In this document: positions 7,294 to 14,624 of the stretch, in pieces | Layout: each line of letters opens with the position of its first letter | How positions within the stretch are numbered: the stretch's first letter is position 1 | Virus record (IMG/VR): IMGVR_UViG_3300044294_000233 | Reading direction: 5' to 3' (one strand) | Source of the DNA: a virus | Taxonomy: Duplodnaviria; Heunggongvirae; Uroviricota; Caudoviricetes | Length of the DNA: 17,867 bases | Program-made: the position numbers and the translations under genes | The notes under the pieces: generated by a model | What the model saw: the letters and a program-made list of their open reading frames with translations, nothing else | Told to the model about the DNA's origin: nothing | Databases searched by the model: none

Positions 7294-7646
7294 AAGAAGC
7301 TCTCGAAAACCTCAAATACTTTGTCGGCAAGGCCGTCAGCATCTTCACCGGACCCATCAACCGCGACTTTGACGAGCGACAGAAGTGCGACTACTTCGTC
7401 GGGATCGTCAAGTCGGTCGATTCGATGGGAATTATGACGCAGCACCCCATTACGGGCTGCTGCAACTACTATTTCTACAGCCAGATCGTCGGCATCGCCG
7501 AAGAACAGATTCTGGATTCTGCCAATCCCGAACACGCCACGGTCATTGCCGAAATCGAAGCAAAACGGCGGATGGCTACTACGCCCCCGCCGTCGAATAA
7601 TTTGGTCGATGTCAATGCCTTGTCCAAACTGGCCGGACTCCATTAA
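7290..7646 (+). CDS. Hypothetical protein, 118 aa, translationally coupled to primase
   Basis: ATGA start/stop overlap with the primase gene at 7290-7293. Consistent codon usage. No recognisable domain. Confidence 0.5.
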   Translation: MKEALENLKYFVGKAVSIFTGPINRDFDERQKCDYFVGIVKSVDSMGIMTQHPITGCCNYYFYSQIVGIAEEQILDSANPEHATVIAEIEAKRRMATTPPPSNNLVDVNALSKLAGLH

Positions 7647-9331
7647 GACTCGCGATAGATCCTTTCCGACACCGCCCTCATCTTCTGTTTGAAACCCGAC
7701 ACACCTTCGCCGAAGTGCTTTTTGACCTCTTCGTCATCGTCTTCATAGGTTTTCTTCTTTTTCTTCTCGCTGGACATTGCTTGGATGTCTTTGTACTTAC
7801 CGGCCTCAATCAACTTCAAGAATTTTCTCCTTAAAGTCTTGCTATCGGATATGTGATCCCATGTGTCCATCAGCTTTTTCACCAGTTCACGATCCGTCTT
7901 GACAACCTTTTCAATTTTGGAGGCGAACTCTTCGTATTGGGGTTCGTAGAGCCGTTGTTGGACAGCAGCCGTTTCTGGATTGTCTTCAAAATTGTCGCTT
8001 TTATCGTGGGACGAAAGTGCTTTCAAGTCATCGAAGTCCGACCGCTTTTCGGTGTCCTTTGGGTTTTCATCGGACATATTGTGAATCTCGGCGCGGTCGC
8101 CAACCTCTGGCTTTTCGTCTTCCGAACGATGACCCTCTTCTTTGTCTTTTCTGAGAAGTCTTGCAATTCGTTTCGTAACCTTGTCTTCGGTATCGTCCGG
8201 TCGTTCGACACGACCAGCTAGATCCAACTGATTGAAAAATTCGGGATAGTATTTGCTGAGGATCTCGTGCCTCGGATCATCAATTCGCAATACTTTTGGC
8301 AAAGTAAACGGACCACTTTGGCTGCGGTTAGTTATCCGCTTGCCGTTGTTTCCGCGATTGTTATGCAGATTCTTTCGTTTGCCAAGTTTGTTCCACGGCT
8401 CGTGTATCGCTCGGAGAATCTCCTGTTCTCTGGTGTTCAGACCACTCCATGCGTCACCCTTCTTTTTCTTCTGCCTGAAAAGCTCCAAGTATCTGTTAGT
8501 CGCAGCGTGGATTTCTTTCAGTGGGTATTTGTCTTCAGCCGTGTCATTTTTCGGACAATGTCCAGAACGACAAGCACCAATAATAAGTCTTTTCTTGGAA
8601 TCATCGAGTTTTCCGAAGATACCAAAAGTGGTTCTGGTGTCTTTGAATATGCCAAATTTTTCAGCCTGCTTATCGAGAGTCAGTTCGGGTTTTTCGGCCG
8701 GTTTTAGCGGGGCTGTACTGCCGTCGTCTCCCTCATCATCGGCGGCAGACCCAGGCACGAAATCGTCATCATGCACAGTCGGCGTTCTTGGTTCCGGCGT
8801 CGGCTCCGGTGTCGGACGAGGCTTTTCGGGTGCTGGTGTACTGCCCACACGAGTTGCCATACTGCGAACGCGATTCATCATGTCGTCCAAACTGGACGCG
8901 ATGGTCTGACGGAGTCTGGCGGTCCAGTTGTTTAGGATCTTTCGGATCAGTGGTTGTGGTGCTGCGGAGGCGTCTTCCCACAGGGTGTCCGCGAGGTTTT
9001 TGAGCATCGCGTATTCGCGGACGGTGGGCGGTTCGAGGTCGGTGCGGCCGAGTGCGCCGATCTTGTTTTGCCAGTAGTACGGGTTGGAACGACGGTCGCT
9101 ACCGAACAGGTTCTTCCACCAGTTGTGAACGCGGGTAAAGAACCCTCGCTTGGAAGGCAGCTTGTCGTTCATGATCTGCGTTTGCAAATCGTTGACGAGT
9201 CCGACGACCTTCTGGTCCAGATTTCTTCTGACGGAAGCCAGTTGCTGGTAAAGAGCTTCTAGTTCGGAGGCGAAGTCCTTGCTCCCCTCGAAAAAGCTCA
9301 GTTGTTCGTACAAATCGATTGTTCTCAGCAT
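7643..9331 (-). CDS. Large hypothetical protein, 562 aa, with Pro-rich linker and K/E/D-rich C-terminal half encoded by an AT-rich segment
   Basis: Long ORF. Start ATG 9329-9331 is preceded by AGGGGGA. PTPEPTPEPRTPT linker. C-terminal half is low-complexity charged. 3' end overlaps convergent gene 7290..7646 by 4 nt. Confidence 0.65.
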   Translation of the reverse strand: MLRTIDLYEQLSFFEGSKDFASELEALYQQLASVRRNLDQKVVGLVNDLQTQIMNDKLPSKRGFFTRVHNWWKNLFGSDRRSNPYYWQNKIGALGRTDLEPPTVREYAMLKNLADTLWEDASAAPQPLIRKILNNWTARLRQTIASSLDDMMNRVRSMATRVGSTPAPEKPRPTPEPTPEPRTPTVHDDDFVPGSAADDEGDDGSTAPLKPAEKPELTLDKQAEKFGIFKDTRTTFGIFGKLDDSKKRLIIGACRSGHCPKNDTAEDKYPLKEIHAATNRYLELFRQKKKKGDAWSGLNTREQEILRAIHEPWNKLGKRKNLHNNRGNNGKRITNRSQSGPFTLPKVLRIDDPRHEILSKYYPEFFNQLDLAGRVERPDDTEDKVTKRIARLLRKDKEEGHRSEDEKPEVGDRAEIHNMSDENPKDTEKRSDFDDLKALSSHDKSDNFEDNPETAAVQQRLYEPQYEEFASKIEKVVKTDRELVKKLMDTWDHISDSKTLRRKFLKLIEAGKYKDIQAMSSEKKKKKTYEDDDEEVKKHFGEGVSGFKQKMRAVSERIYRES

Positions 9332-9341
9332 AATCCCCCTG

Positions 9342-9370
9342 ATTATTTAGAGGGGCTGAACCAATTTCAA
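9342..9370 (-). promoter_or_regulatory. Sigma70-like promoter (-35 TTGAAA, 17-bp spacer, -10 AATAAT) for the 7643..9331 gene; predicted very short leader
   Basis: Minus strand reads TTGAAA-N17-AATAAT-cagggggatt-ATG. The -10 ends only 10 nt from the ATG. Confidence 0.35.
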
Positions 9371-9490
9371 AGTTGATGGATTGCAAAAACGGGTGTCCCA
9401 CGATGACGAGCATTATGCTCTCGAACATCAGGATACTGGACACGCACACGGCTTGATAGCCGTGTACCGTGCAGATGTACCCGTTGCATT

Positions 9491-9517
9491 CCAAATCGGT
9501 CCCAATTGGGAATTTGG
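9491..9517. promoter_or_regulatory. Operator-like dyad: perfect 12-bp palindrome TCCCAATTGGGA (9500-9511) flanked by CCAAAT / ATTTGG arms
   Basis: Read directly. The left arm carries a 3-nt insertion (cgg) relative to perfect symmetry. Lies in the 219-bp intergenic region upstream of the 7643..9331 promoter. Confidence 0.4.
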
Positions 9518-9550
9518 CTTTCGCCTCTTTCAACAAGAGGGTGATGTTTC

Positions 9551-10012
9551 TCAAGACTCTCCGATTTTCTTAACCGACATGAGAGACGAGTCGAACTCGT
9601 GGAACTCACTGGTGACGTACTGGAGCCTGAGTTCGTCAAAGTTTTTGGCCTCGTCGTCGTCGTTGATCTCGAAGTAGAACGACTTGCCGCGCCGCCCGAT
9701 GATCCTGAAGTTGTGCATCAACACATACGCCGCCGCTCCCAGATCGGTCAGGAACTTGCACGACGAAAAGTCTTGATCGGGGTCGGACTCATCCACCTTT
9801 TTCAAAGACATCAGGCAGTGGTCGAAGCGGTGAAATTCACTCACGAGGTAGTCCAGCTTCCACCGTTTGAACTCCTTGAGCTTTTCGGCCGGGACGTAAA
9901 AGAAAATCGTCTTGTCGCGACGACCAGACAATGCGCAACCCTTCATGGCCATGTACGCGGCTACGCCGAGGTCGCTCACCGGCATCGGGATACCTTTTGT
10001 TCCTTCTTTCAT
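9551..10012 (-). CDS. Protein made of two tandem copies of a roughly 65-aa domain (DLGxAAY...GRRxK...YVxSEFHxFDxxLMSxKK), 153 aa
   Basis: Internal duplication visible in the translation. RBS AAGGAAGG before ATG 10012. Confidence 0.6.
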   Translation of the reverse strand: MKEGTKGIPMPVSDLGVAAYMAMKGCALSGRRDKTIFFYVPAEKLKEFKRWKLDYLVSEFHRFDHCLMSLKKVDESDPDQDFSSCKFLTDLGAAAYVLMHNFRIIGRRGKSFYFEINDDDEAKNFDELRLQYVTSEFHEFDSSLMSVKKIGES

Positions 10013-10026
10013 TTGCCTTCCTTCTT

Positions 10027-10052
10027 GAACCGGGGAGCATGCTCCCCGGTTC
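10027..10052. promoter_or_regulatory. Perfect 26-bp palindrome GAACCGGGGAGCATGCTCCCCGGTTC between two co-directional minus-strand genes
   Basis: Two 13-nt arms with no spacer, read directly. On the plus strand it is followed by TTTGTTGTT. On the minus strand it sits 8 nt after the TGA of gene 10061 and 14 nt before the RBS of gene 9551. Confidence 0.55.
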
Positions 10053-10060
10053 TTTGTTGT

Positions 10061-10714
10061 TCATAGCACGTTTGCGATTTTCTTGCCCAACTCACGCGCC
10101 ACGACCTTCTCAGCCTCTCGCGGCGGCAGGATCGCCGACAGAGCGGTCACGGCCGCGTTTATCTCACGCATGTCGAACTTGGTTTCGATGCCCTTGACAC
10201 ACAACTTATTCTTCCAGCGGTTGTATGTCACCACGCCTCCACCCATGTATTTGGAGATCAACTCGAACATGCGGTTGTCGTTGGCCTCCACCTTCTTCGG
10301 ATCTGGGAAAACTTCTTGAACGGCACTGTAGATGTTCTCAAGGCTCTCCATGCCCCACTTGATTTCATCCACTGGGATCGGCGGGTGGTCCGTGAGCGCC
10401 CCCTTCTCGTCCATGATCTTTTTGATCAGATCCTTGTTCTCGTTCATCGTGAGCGTGATGTACTCTTTCGGCTGCTCGTACTCTTCGCACTGGAACAGCA
10501 GCTTGCCCTTCGGCAGTTCCGGGTAGGCTTCGGTTTTGGTGTACTTGGCCCGTTCTGTTTTGCGTTTGCCGGCCTTCCAGTCGTCAATGTTCTTCTGGAC
10601 TTCGTCCTCTTTGGCGAAGTCGTCTGCGGTCTTCATGTCCTCAAGCGTCGGCTTGCGGAGCCTGGGCTGATCCAACAGGTCGTTGATGTTGGGTTTGTTT
10701 TTCGTCTCATCCAT
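10061..10714 (-). CDS. Hypothetical protein, 217 aa, directly downstream of actin-like ATPase gene
   Basis: Start placed at Met24 (MDETKNK) of track ORF 10061..10783 by codon arithmetic (10783 minus 69). The track start is a GTG with no RBS and overlaps the upstream stop. AGGAAT lies 9 nt upstream of the chosen ATG. Confidence 0.5.
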   Translation of the reverse strand: MDETKNKPNINDLLDQPRLRKPTLEDMKTADDFAKEDEVQKNIDDWKAGKRKTERAKYTKTEAYPELPKGKLLFQCEEYEQPKEYITLTMNENKDLIKKIMDEKGALTDHPPIPVDEIKWGMESLENIYSAVQEVFPDPKKVEANDNRMFELISKYMGGGVVTYNRWKNKLCVKGIETKFDMREINAAVTALSAILPPREAEKVVARELGKKIANVL

Positions 10715-10733
10715 TTTGGGATTCCTATCTTTG

Positions 10734-11744
10734 TTACTTTCGGGTTGACGCCTCGGCAGCGAGCAGACACCCACGAGCAACACTGTACAAGGTGTCCTGC
10801 GGACGGATCACTTCGCTCACCTTGATCGGCAGCTTGGCGTCGTCCAGAACAGTCTTGAACATTTCCACGAAACCGGGCGGCGAACTGGTCCCACCGGAAA
10901 CAACGATGTCGAACGGGTCGTCCGTCCTTACGACTTTGCTGTTCTTGTTCAGGCCGTTTTTGATTTCGGATACGCAGTGTTCGATCATCAGCCGGTACTG
11001 GCTGATGATCGCCCGTTCGATGAGGTCACCGGGAGCTTTCGAGAGATCGATCTTCATCTTCTGTTTGTTGATGAAGGTCGGCGACTCGGCAGTGGCTCGC
11101 GCCGCCTGCTTGTCGATCCAGTCTCCGCTGTTGACGATTGCGAAAGAGAAGACGGGGTTGCCGAACATGGCCATACACAGGTTGACCATACCGGCCCCGA
11201 AGCTGATCCCGATTCCCGTGTACGCCTTCTTCGACAGTTCGGCGTAAACGAGGGCGAGGGCTTCGTTAATCGGGTGCGGATCGACTCGCATTCCGTCCTT
11301 GTTCCTGAAGGCTTTGAAGATGCCTTCGAGCGTCAGGCGGTGGAAGTTCGCGTCCGTTTCGACGTTGATTGCGTTGGCCGGGACGCAGAAGTAGAGAGGC
11401 TCCTTGTCCTCCTTCACCGTCTCGATCAGCGAGTGGATCATGATGCTCAAGATCTGGTAGGCTTCCTTTTCCTTCGGGTTCACGCACCCGTCCGACATCG
11501 GCCGCTTCAACTCCATCGAGTTGATCGCGTAGGCCATCTTGACCGCCGACTCGCCGAGGGCGTAAGCCAACTTGTCCCTCTTGATCAGCGGGACACCAGC
11601 GTTATTCATCATGTTGTAGACGAAGTCGTTTTCGAGAGGAATCTCGATAAATGCGTTGACTTCGCGCTTGTGAACGAAGTTTCCCTTTTCGTCACGCTTG
11701 GAGCATACGAGGTTGTATGTGCCAACGTCAAATCCGATTGCCAT
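10734..11744 (-). CDS. Actin-fold ATPase (ParM/MreB/FtsA-like), 336 aa
   Basis: Phosphate-1 MAIGFDVGTYNLV. Phosphate-2 GIGISFGAGMVNL. Adenosine motif DIVVSGGTSSPPGF. C-terminal YSVARGCLLAA, like MreB ...CVARGTG. Start taken at Met21, which is preceded by AAAGGGTGA; the track start at 11804 has no RBS. Confidence 0.7.
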   Translation of the reverse strand: MAIGFDVGTYNLVCSKRDEKGNFVHKREVNAFIEIPLENDFVYNMMNNAGVPLIKRDKLAYALGESAVKMAYAINSMELKRPMSDGCVNPKEKEAYQILSIMIHSLIETVKEDKEPLYFCVPANAINVETDANFHRLTLEGIFKAFRNKDGMRVDPHPINEALALVYAELSKKAYTGIGISFGAGMVNLCMAMFGNPVFSFAIVNSGDWIDKQAARATAESPTFINKQKMKIDLSKAPGDLIERAIISQYRLMIEHCVSEIKNGLNKNSKVVRTDDPFDIVVSGGTSSPPGFVEMFKTVLDDAKLPIKVSEVIRPQDTLYSVARGCLLAAEASTRK

Positions 11745-11778
11745 GTCTTTCACCCTTTCGTTTTGAGGTCTTTCGATC

Positions 11779-12033
11779 TCACTTGTCGTACTTTCCGAAT
11801 TCAATCGTTTCGGTGGATGGTGTGAACTCAGGTATCATCCACTCTGCTGCCTCTGCGGGCTTCGGTGCCATCTGCTTTTGCTCAGGCACCTGATCCGCAC
11901 TCGCTACCGACGCCACAGACATTCCCACCACACCGCCACCAAGATTCAGATTCAGGTCGATTACCAACCTGACCGTTATCTCTCCGTCGCGGGTCGTGAT
12001 GTTCACGTTCTGTGGTTTGATAACTTGAGGCAT
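11779..12033 (-). CDS. Small hypothetical protein, 84 aa, immediately upstream of actin-like gene
   Basis: ORF with weak RBS-like AGGTAA. Plausible codon usage. Position is analogous to an adaptor or regulator gene of a segregation module, but no motif was recognised. Confidence 0.4.
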   Translation of the reverse strand: MPQVIKPQNVNITTRDGEITVRLVIDLNLNLGGGVVGMSVASVASADQVPEQKQMAPKPAEAAEWMIPEFTPSTETIEFGKYDK

Positions 12034-12075
12034 GAGCTATTTACCTAAGTCCGGCGTATTTTAATCGAGTATCTC

Positions 12076-13053
12076 TCATTCGATTTGTGGCTTGTACGGC
12101 CACTTCGCCATCATTTTTTCTATACCGTCCATCACCATGTCGGACGTGATCTCGCTCGCACACGGCTTGATCGTTTTCTTGCACTCTTTTTTGCACATCG
12201 ACCAGTTGAAGCACGGGCCGCAATCCCAGTTGCTGTCGTCCCTGTGCTTTTGAACGAGTACGAAGTCGAAATACTTTCCGTACACTTTTCCGTCGCAGTA
12301 GGTAAAAATTCCCACCAGCGGTTTCTTCAGCCCGCCCGCGCAGTGGAACGCCGACGTGTCAACGCTCAAGACGTAGTCGGCCGCGTCCAGTGCCGTTATC
12401 CACTGTCGCGTGTTCAAGCCGCTCAAGGTTCGGCACCCGATCTGATCGAGGTGTGGCATGGACTTGTTGTGCAGACAAACGACGTTGCACCCCTTCTGCC
12501 AAACTCGCGTGACGACTTCCGTCTGTAGTGCCGGCGACATGTCCTTGCCGATCTGAGCCGACGCGGGACACATTGCCAAGATCGGAGCGTTCGGACTCGA
12601 TACGCTGCGTTGCAGAAGTTGACGGGCGGCTTTCTTCTCTTCGGCCGTTACGCCGAGATACATTTCGTGCTTGCCAATTACCACGCCACAGTGGTTGGCC
12701 CAGATGTCGCTGCGGTGCTTGTCGGCTCTGGGTGCGATGGCGTTCTCGTACCGGCCGCACGCGAAGGTGATGTTGTAGACGAGGGTGAAGTCGGCTTTGT
12801 TGACGGTGCGGCAGTCAACCACTTCGTCAACAAATGGATGTCTCGCGGCGGCTTCCAAGTATTGTTGGGGGACGGCCCAGGTGATGTGACATTCGGGCAT
12901 CACACGTTTGAAGCTCTCGAACATCATCCTTTGCATCAGGATGTCGCCGAGGCCACCAACGTCGCGAACGACCAGCACCCTATCACGTCGCTCGTAGTAA
13001 TCTCTAAGACCCCACGCCGGCGCTTTTGAAGGTGTCTTTCTCTTGATCTTCAT
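12076..13053 (-). CDS. Glycosyltransferase family 9-like (heptosyltransferase-like) protein with Cys-rich C-terminal tail, 325 aa
   Basis: N-terminal RVLVVRDVGGLGDILMQ resembles the GT9 N-terminus (R..lGDvi). LSVDTSAFHCAGGLKKPLVGIFT matches the GT9 C-terminal motif (DSGpmHLAaAlgtPvvalFG). Tail is WDCGPCFNWSMCKKECKKTIKPC. Confidence 0.6.
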   Translation of the reverse strand: MKIKRKTPSKAPAWGLRDYYERRDRVLVVRDVGGLGDILMQRMMFESFKRVMPECHITWAVPQQYLEAAARHPFVDEVVDCRTVNKADFTLVYNITFACGRYENAIAPRADKHRSDIWANHCGVVIGKHEMYLGVTAEEKKAARQLLQRSVSSPNAPILAMCPASAQIGKDMSPALQTEVVTRVWQKGCNVVCLHNKSMPHLDQIGCRTLSGLNTRQWITALDAADYVLSVDTSAFHCAGGLKKPLVGIFTYCDGKVYGKYFDFVLVQKHRDDSNWDCGPCFNWSMCKKECKKTIKPCASEITSDMVMDGIEKMMAKWPYKPQIE

Positions 13054-13073
13054 GACTATAGTTTAGTGCCTTC

Positions 13074-13105
13074 AAACGAAAAAGCCCGACATTGCTGTCG
13101 GGCTT
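13074..13105 (-). terminator. Rho-independent terminator: 8-bp GC-rich stem (GCCCGACA / TGTCGGGC), 4-nt loop, then TTTTTCGTTT on the minus strand
   Basis: Read directly. Lies 54 nt downstream of the stop of gene 13157..13735. Confidence 0.75.
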
Positions 13106-13156
13106 TCTGTCCGGCCATTAAGGGCAGACATCGGTTCAAAAACCGAGGGGTGGTAC

Positions 13157-13735
13157 TCAGCTTGTCGGGGTGCTGCGGATCGTGAGGATGACCTGCACGG
13201 TTGCCGTGGTCGCGCCGGAAGCGGTGTTGTTGAACTCCAAGCGGCTGATGACGGCATCGCCGATGTTGAAGGTCTTGGTTTCGTTCGCCGAGAGGTCGAA
13301 GATGGCCGTCGAAAGACCGTTCATCTTCACGCGGATCGCCTGACCACTCGTGTTCTCGATGCTCGCCGAAACAGCCGCCGCGCCGTTGTCGCCCGTTACA
13401 TCGATCACGTTCGATGCGTACACAGAACCGCCAGCGATGGTCAGGTCGTAAACACGAGGGAAGGTGTTCTCAGCCGGGTCACTGGAGTAAATGCTGCCGT
13501 CGTCGGTCACGACTTCGATGAACGCCTTTTCCAGAGTCGTCTGCGGGTACGCGAACTGCTTCCAATAGTTGCAGTCCGTGAAGGTTTCACCGTCGAAAAG
13601 TTGACGGTAAGTCTTGTTCGGGCCGGTGACCCACATCGTCCGCTGAATCGACGGCGACATCTGTGCGCCAGTGGACGGGTTAAGGTCCAATACGCCCTGC
13701 TGAGTGTTGTTCAGCTTTACACGAAATACGCTCAT
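13157..13735 (-). CDS. Hypothetical small protein, 192 aa, candidate abundant virion structural protein
   Basis: Start at Met19 of track ORF, preceded by AAGGAGAACA (AGGAG 5 nt upstream). Followed by a strong intrinsic terminator, a layout typical of highly expressed structural genes. Ser/Thr/Asn-rich. Confidence 0.55.
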   Translation of the reverse strand: MSVFRVKLNNTQQGVLDLNPSTGAQMSPSIQRTMWVTGPNKTYRQLFDGETFTDCNYWKQFAYPQTTLEKAFIEVVTDDGSIYSSDPAENTFPRVYDLTIAGGSVYASNVIDVTGDNGAAAVSASIENTSGQAIRVKMNGLSTAIFDLSANETKTFNIGDAVISRLEFNNTASGATTATVQVILTIRSTPTS

Positions 13736-13789
13736 TGTTCTCCTTGATGGGGTGCCTAATCCCTGTCTTCTGTCTATATGTAGAAGCAC

Positions 13790-14404
13790 TCAAATAGAAA
13801 TCACCGCACCCCACGGACAGATTACGCGGAAGAAGCCCGTCCCCAATCCGGTGTCGCACAGGTGCGTCATTTTGCCTTCGAGTGCGGCCGACCAAACAGC
13901 GACCGATTCGACCCCTACAACGACGCCCGCGTCACGCCAGTCACAGTCCTCTCGGACGACGTACCCCTGGCTGGCGTACTTCTTGGTCAGCTTTGTTTTT
14001 TCTTCTTCTGTAAGTGAGCGGGTAGGCGATATGCCTTCCGCCGCCAGCTTGACGAGTCTGTTTTCCGTGTCCGGTTTGTGTCCGGTTGGGTTGATCTTGA
14101 TTCCCGAATCATTGAAGAACTGCTGGACAGGGTGTGATTTCATGTCGCATCGGATCTCTTTGATATGTCCGAATTGTGTCCCCCACGGTTCCCTGACCAT
14201 CTGAAACGCCGCCTTTTCGGAGACGAACCGTTCTCCGTTGCACAGGTGTTCTTTGCACCCTATATACACTTGCAATCCGGGCAGTTGTTGTTCGGCTTGT
14301 GGCCGAAGGCCATCGAGTAGTGTGACGTATTCGTCGCACGGCCCGAAGTAGCACACACAGTATTTGTTTTTGACTTCGCGGTAACGCGGCAGGTGAAGAT
14401 TCAT
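13790..14404 (-). CDS. Hypothetical Cys-containing protein, 204 aa
   Basis: Start at Met30 (MNLHL) of the track ORF, preceded by TTGGAGTCCGAC (GGAG 7 nt upstream). Contains CVCYFGPC and CKEHLC motifs. Confidence 0.5.
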   Translation of the reverse strand: MNLHLPRYREVKNKYCVCYFGPCDEYVTLLDGLRPQAEQQLPGLQVYIGCKEHLCNGERFVSEKAAFQMVREPWGTQFGHIKEIRCDMKSHPVQQFFNDSGIKINPTGHKPDTENRLVKLAAEGISPTRSLTEEEKTKLTKKYASQGYVVREDCDWRDAGVVVGVESVAVWSAALEGKMTHLCDTGLGTGFFRVICPWGAVISI

Positions 14405-14624
14405 GTCGGACTCCAATCTGATCAAAGAAACGATGGACGATTTCTTCAGTAATTTTGGCGCGGCCGATGACCCGCATGCGAAATTACTCATTCAAATGGT
14501 GCTGGCCGAGGCTCTGCGTCCTGGCAACAAAAACAACAATCGATTTTGGGTGAAGTGCGATGCGAATGTTGAGAAATGTCCCGTCGTGCCGCATACAATA
14601 GTTCATGGGAAAACCGTGGTCTGA
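14403..14624 (+). CDS. Small hypothetical ORF, 73 aa, at the left edge of the AT-rich homing-endonuclease island
   Basis: AT-shifted codon usage like the HE gene. Its end overlaps the HE start by 20 nt. It is in the same frame (coordinate mod 3 = 0) as ORF 15462..15821. Weak call. Confidence 0.3.
   Translation: MSDSNLIKETMDDFFSNFGAADDPHAKLLIQMVLAEALRPGNKNNNRFWVKCDANVEKCPVVPHTIVHGKTVV

Noticed and set aside
7853-8909. Plus-strand ORFs 7853..8221, 8253..8909 and 8267..8707 inside the large minus-strand gene
   Set aside because: They lie antisense within a continuous 562-aa ORF that has a promoter and RBS. They have Phe/Leu/Ser-rich composition typical of AT-rich antisense frames.
9332-9550. 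tRNA or other canonical RNA gene in the largest intergenic region
   Set aside because: I could not find a cloverleaf with a T-loop GTTCRANYC or D-loop signatures by eye. The hairpins present look like operator or UTR structures. A small ncRNA cannot be excluded and is listed as a finding instead.
9099-9554. 151-aa minus-strand ORF (TTG start) spanning the intergenic region and running 232 nt into gene 7643..9331 in another frame
   Set aside because: It would cover the promoter and overlap a well-supported gene at length. Non-ATG start with no RBS. Treated as a chance ORF.
10977-11825. 282-aa plus-strand ORF antisense to the actin-like ATPase gene
   Set aside because: Long antisense ORFs are expected in high-GC DNA. 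The minus-strand gene has actin-fold motifs and an RBS. The plus ORF is Arg/Val/Asp-rich low complexity.
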